Shown: positions 35,722 through 38,991 of the stretch, one piece after another
Layout of the letters: every line of letters begins with the position of its first letter
Position numbering within the stretch: the stretch's first letter is position 1
Source: Coriobacteriales bacterium
Lineage (GTDB): Bacteria > Actinomycetota > Coriobacteriia > Anaerosomatales > JACRBU01
DNA: 38,991 nt
Reading direction: 5' to 3'
Assembly: GCA_016213085.1 (NCBI GenBank)
Contig: JACRBU010000051.1
Coordinates: 1 to 38,991, forward strand
Position numbers and translations under genes: made by a program
The notes under the pieces: generated by a model
Databases searched by the model: none
Told to the model about the DNA's origin: nothing
Seen by the model: the letters and a program-made list of their open reading frames with translations, nothing else

Positions 35722-38700
35722 GTGTCGAGTATCAGGCGTATCGGCGTTCACGACATCCGAATTCGGTCGCTGGCCGCTCTGATGTGCGCCCTGTGGCTCG
35801 TCGCGCTCCTGCCTGCGGTTCCTCCCGCCGCTTCCGCGGCCAGCGGGGACACGGCACCGCCGGTCGCGCATGTAGCCGTGCCCTACTACTCGTCCTCGGC
35901 GTCCGTGAGCAGTCGTTTCCCCGTATCGTGGAGCGCCGCCGACACGTCGGGCATCGCCTCATACACGCTCGACTACAAGGACGGCTACCGAGGCGCATGG
36001 CGTCGCTGGAAGACCGCGACGCGTTCGACACGGGCGGTGTTTGCCGGTGCCGCCGGGCACACGTACTGGTTCAGGGTGTTCGCACTCGATGGTGCCGGCA
36101 ACCAGAGCGCGTGGTCGCGACCGGACGTGATCACGGTCCCGTATGACGATCGCTCGGCCCGGGTGCGCTATCGCGGCGCGTGGACTCGGTACTCGAGCGG
36201 CGCCGCGTTCGGACGGGCGACCCGGCGCAGTTCGGCTCGCGGGAGCACCGCCTCGCTCTCGTTCGTCGGCCAGAAGGTCGCCGTGATCTGCGGCAAGTCG
36301 CCCAAGAGCGGGCGCTTCGCCGTCTACCTCGACGGTTCGCCGAGGCCCGCACGGATCGTCGACACGAGGTCGCCCACCAGCAGGGCGCGACAGGTCGTGT
36401 ACAACGGGACGTTCAAGCGGTACGGGAACCACCGGATCACCGTCAAGGTGCTCGCGACTCCCGGCCGCCCCCGAGTCGACGTGGACGCGATCGCGGTCGT
36501 CAGACCGGACAGGATCAGCCCGCCCGCGCCGGTGGTCACGCTTGCAGGGGGGGCATCGCACACGCGCGCCCGCGCGGCAGGCCTCGCGGTGAACGCGAGT
36601 GACAACATCGCCGTCGCCGCCTACCAGACTTCGCATTCGGCCTCGTTCTCGGATTCTCGCTGGAGGAGCTACGTTCCGGAATCGTCGATCACGCTGAGAC
36701 CGGGGGAGGGTACCAGGCGCGTCTACGTGCGCGTGCGCGACGAGGCCGGGAATGTGTCGGCCGCGTCGTCTGACTCTCTGGTTGTCGACACTACGCGTCC
36801 CTCGGTGATCGAGCGATCGCTGCCCGAGACCGTCCCGGCTGGCGAGTCCCGGCCAGCCGTGGTCGAGATACGCGATCGGGCTCCTGTATCAGCGCGCCTT
36901 GCCTGGACCGAGCCGGGTGAGCCATCGGAGTCCTCGACGCCGATGACGCCGCGAGGCGGAGGCGTCTTCTCCGCTGACCTCCCGCCCCACGACGCTGGCG
37001 TGCGGATCTCGTACCGCGTGGTGGCCAGCGATGCCGCGGGGAATACCGGCGTCCTCGACCGGCCTGCGGAGGAGCCTGACACCGCGTGGACGCACCCCTC
37101 CGAACTGCCAACGGCACCGGCGGGGCTCGTTGCCACCGCCGCCGACAGGCGGGTCGAGCTTTCCTGGGACGGCGAGCTCGCCGTCGACGAGTCCTTCGAG
37201 GTCTGGCGTGCTTCGAGTTCCCGCGAGTCGTGGGAGCACCTCGGGGGAACTCAGATGCGGGAGTTCGTTGACACGACGCCGCACAATTCGCACACGTATC
37301 GCTACACGGTCTCCGTCAGAAGGGGCGCCACCCACGGGCCTCGTTCTGCCGCAGCGTCCGCCACGCTCGAGGCGTTCAGCGGTCGATGCGCCATCCCCTT
37401 GGACACGAGCGCTCGTGGCTGGGGGATCACTGACGACATCGATGGCGCCGTGCTTCCCGTGCGCGTTCCGCAAGAGGCGCTCTCCGGTTGCCAGAAGCCC
37501 AACCTCTCGGACCTCGCGTTCTACGACTCGTCGGGAAAGCGGCTCGACTGCAGCGCACGACTTGTCACTCGCAACGCCGGCACCCGGGCGGTCGCCTACC
37601 AGATGTCGAACAAGCTCCTGACCCACAGGGACGGCGAAGGTGAGTGGACGTACCTGACGTACAGCAAGGTGCGCCAGCTCGAGGGTATCGCGCAGCCGAG
37701 CGGAGCCGCCGCGATCGTGAGGTACAACCGCCTGACCGGGGAGCACGAGGAACGGGTCTTCGATCAGGCAACGACGGACAACCACGGTGGCTACACGATC
37801 TGGTTCGACTCAGAAGGCCGCCTGAACGCCGTCGGGGGCGCACACCACCAGCCGACCGAGCACTATCGGGCGAGGACCCCCTACGGTATCGACCTGCGGC
37901 TGGTCGACGCCCACATCAGCGACGCAGGAGGCGGAGTCGGTTTCCCGCGGACCCACGGCGTCTCGACGTACCCCGTGTTCGTTCCGGGCTCGTCGGGTTC
38001 GGCATACGGCGTGTTGCGCATGACCGGGACGCTCACGAGACCCGCCTACTCACTGGCGTGGCACTACTTCGATGGCGAGCGGTGGGCTCGCCCGGTGACC
38101 ATCGCCGAGATGATCAGCCCCACCGGGCGCATACACGCGCCCACATACGACAACTTCGTGATCAGCGCCTCCGACGGAACCGCGTACGCCTTCGCTCACC
38201 GTTTCGAGGTCACTCCCGCGTACCGCGGCATCAACGGCTTCGTGATGTGCACATCAAACCCTGAGACTGCGACGCCGTCCTTCACCACCGCCGACGCGGC
38301 CCGCACTCCGGTCGGTCTCCCGGCGAACCAGAACACGATGACCAAGCTTGGCTCCTATTCGCTGAGCGACAACACGCGACTGCTTCGGATCGGCCGAGAC
38401 GACCAAGGCGCCGTCTACGCTGGGGTGCTCTCGGTGGCAGGATCGCGCGCGGGCAGGGTCGACATCTACCGAGTCAAGGCGGGAGAGGCTCCGAGACGCA
38501 CCGGCACGCTCAACACCCGTTTCGCCGGGGCGCCAACCAACGGCGGCCCTCTTTCGGTGACGTTTACCGTGGTAGGCGGTCGGATGGTCGCGTTGTACGA
38601 CGGGACCTCCTTCGGCGCGAACGCGAGCGGTGGCGTCTGGATGGCCACCTCGCAGGACTGGGGGGCTTCGTGGTCCCCATTCGTGCGCGCGATCCCCGCG

Positions 38701-38991
38701 GAAGCGAGACCATCGTGGCTTCCGGCGCTGCCCGCCCAAGACATGGGCGGCGAACAGCTCTCCTGGCCCCTGCCGATCGCCTATCAGAACGGCGGCGCCT
38801 CATCGGACGGGGACGTGACGGCTCGGCTCGCCGAGCTCACTCAGGAGGGCTCGACCCACGTCGTGCTCTCGCCGGGGCTGGAAGTCTGGGTGCTGCTCAG
38901 GGGAGTCGACGTCAGCGGTGACGCCGAGAACCAGTACATCACGGTCGAGTACGGCGACAGGTATGCCGATCCGCCCGAGCATCCCGAGGAC
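35722..38991 (+). CDS. Large secreted multidomain protein of at least 1090 aa, truncated at the window end; Fn3/Ig-like domains, split DUF2341-like domain and BNR-type beta-propeller
   Basis: My translation of frame +1 has no stop from 35722 to 38991; it is absent from the ORF track, probably because no stop falls inside the window. Signal peptide LAALMCALWLVALLPAVPPAASA. Ig/Fn3 motifs YWFRVFALDGAGN, RDEAGNVS, SDAAGN and APAGLVATA..VELSW. Also DNHG...HH, TYPVF and an Asp-box SQDWGASW. Start codon uncertain. Confidence 0.85.
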   Translation, partial: MSSIRRIGVHDIRIRSLAALMCALWLVALLPAVPPAASAASGDTAPPVAHVAVPYYSSSASVSSRFPVSWSAADTSGIASYTLDYKDGYRGAWRRWKTATRSTRAVFAGAAGHTYWFRVFALDGAGNQSAWSRPDVITVPYDDRSARVRYRGAWTRYSSGAAFGRATRRSSARGSTASLSFVGQKVAVICGKSPKSGRFAVYLDGSPRPARIVDTRSPTSRARQVVYNGTFKRYGNHRITVKVLATPGRPRVDVDAIAVVRPDRISPPAPVVTLAGGASHTRARAAGLAVNASDNIAVAAYQTSHSASFSDSRWRSYVPESSITLRPGEGTRRVYVRVRDEAGNVSAASSDSLVVDTTRPSVIERSLPETVPAGESRPAVVEIRDRAPVSARLAWTEPGEPSESSTPMTPRGGGVFSADLPPHDAGVRISYRVVASDAAGNTGVLDRPAEEPDTAWTHPSELPTAPAGLVATAADRRVELSWDGELAVDESFEVWRASSSRESWEHLGGTQMREFVDTTPHNSHTYRYTVSVRRGATHGPRSAAASATLEAFSGRCAIPLDTSARGWGITDDIDGAVLPVRVPQEALSGCQKPNLSDLAFYDSSGKRLDCSARLVTRNAGTRAVAYQMSNKLLTHRDGEGEWTYLTYSKVRQLEGIAQPSGAAAIVRYNRLTGEHEERVFDQATTDNHGGYTIWFDSEGRLNAVGGAHHQPTEHYRARTPYGIDLRLVDAHISDAGGGVGFPRTHGVSTYPVFVPGSSGSAYGVLRMTGTLTRPAYSLAWHYFDGERWARPVTIAEMISPTGRIHAPTYDNFVISASDGTAYAFAHRFEVTPAYRGINGFVMCTSNPETATPSFTTADAARTPVGLPANQNTMTKLGSYSLSDNTRLLRIGRDDQGAVYAGVLSVAGSRAGRVDIYRVKAGEAPRRTGTLNTRFAGAPTNGGPLSVTFTVVGGRMVALYDGTSFGANASGGVWMATSQDWGASWSPFVRAIPAEARPSWLPALPAQDMGGEQLSWPLPIAYQNGGASSDGDVTARLAELTQEGSTHVVLSPGLEVWVLLRGVDVSGDAENQYITVEYGDRYADPPEHPED

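Noticed and set aside
35628-38982. The many short ORFs listed in the track for the last 3.3 kb
   Set aside because: All overlap a single uninterrupted frame +1 gene from 35722 to the window end that has recognisable domains.
1-38991. CRISPR arrays, tRNA/rRNA, IS elements, integrases, prophage genes, selenocysteine or frameshift recoding
   Set aside because: I saw no regularly spaced repeats, RNA-gene signatures, transposase or integrase motifs, or interrupted reading frames. This was checked by eye only.

Overview
High-GC, gene-dense chromosomal window with about 37 genes. The gene content and promoter style suggest an anaerobic actinobacterium, possibly Coriobacteriia-like (inference). I found no CRISPR array, tRNA, rRNA, transposase or prophage. 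In order it holds: an LTA-synthase and thioesterase pair, a secreted GH26, a MauG-type di-haem peroxidase with a PASTA lipoprotein, small hypotheticals, an orphan cytochrome b, rlmA, an AAA+/DUF4143 gene, and a TPP-riboswitch-controlled thiMECLD operon. Next come three paralogous membrane GGDEF-EAL genes with a stand-alone CooS-like CODH between the second and third. A stress and repair block follows (ferritin-like, DUF72, hydrolase, HdeD, PpsA-like, DUF998, VOC, RtcB, Ogt, AzlCD, YdeI). The window ends in a secreted multidomain protein of at least 1090 aa that is missing from the supplied ORF track. The best candidate for an undescribed system is the c-di-GMP triplet plus a CODH homologue with no accessory genes and a catalytic His replaced by Gln. 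Other notable points are a TPP riboswitch with an extra hairpin, a recurring GGGTAY promoter motif, a Cys/Met-decorated MauG-like enzyme, and a beta-propeller apparently inserted inside a DUF2341-like domain. All family calls come from motif recognition by eye, not database searches.
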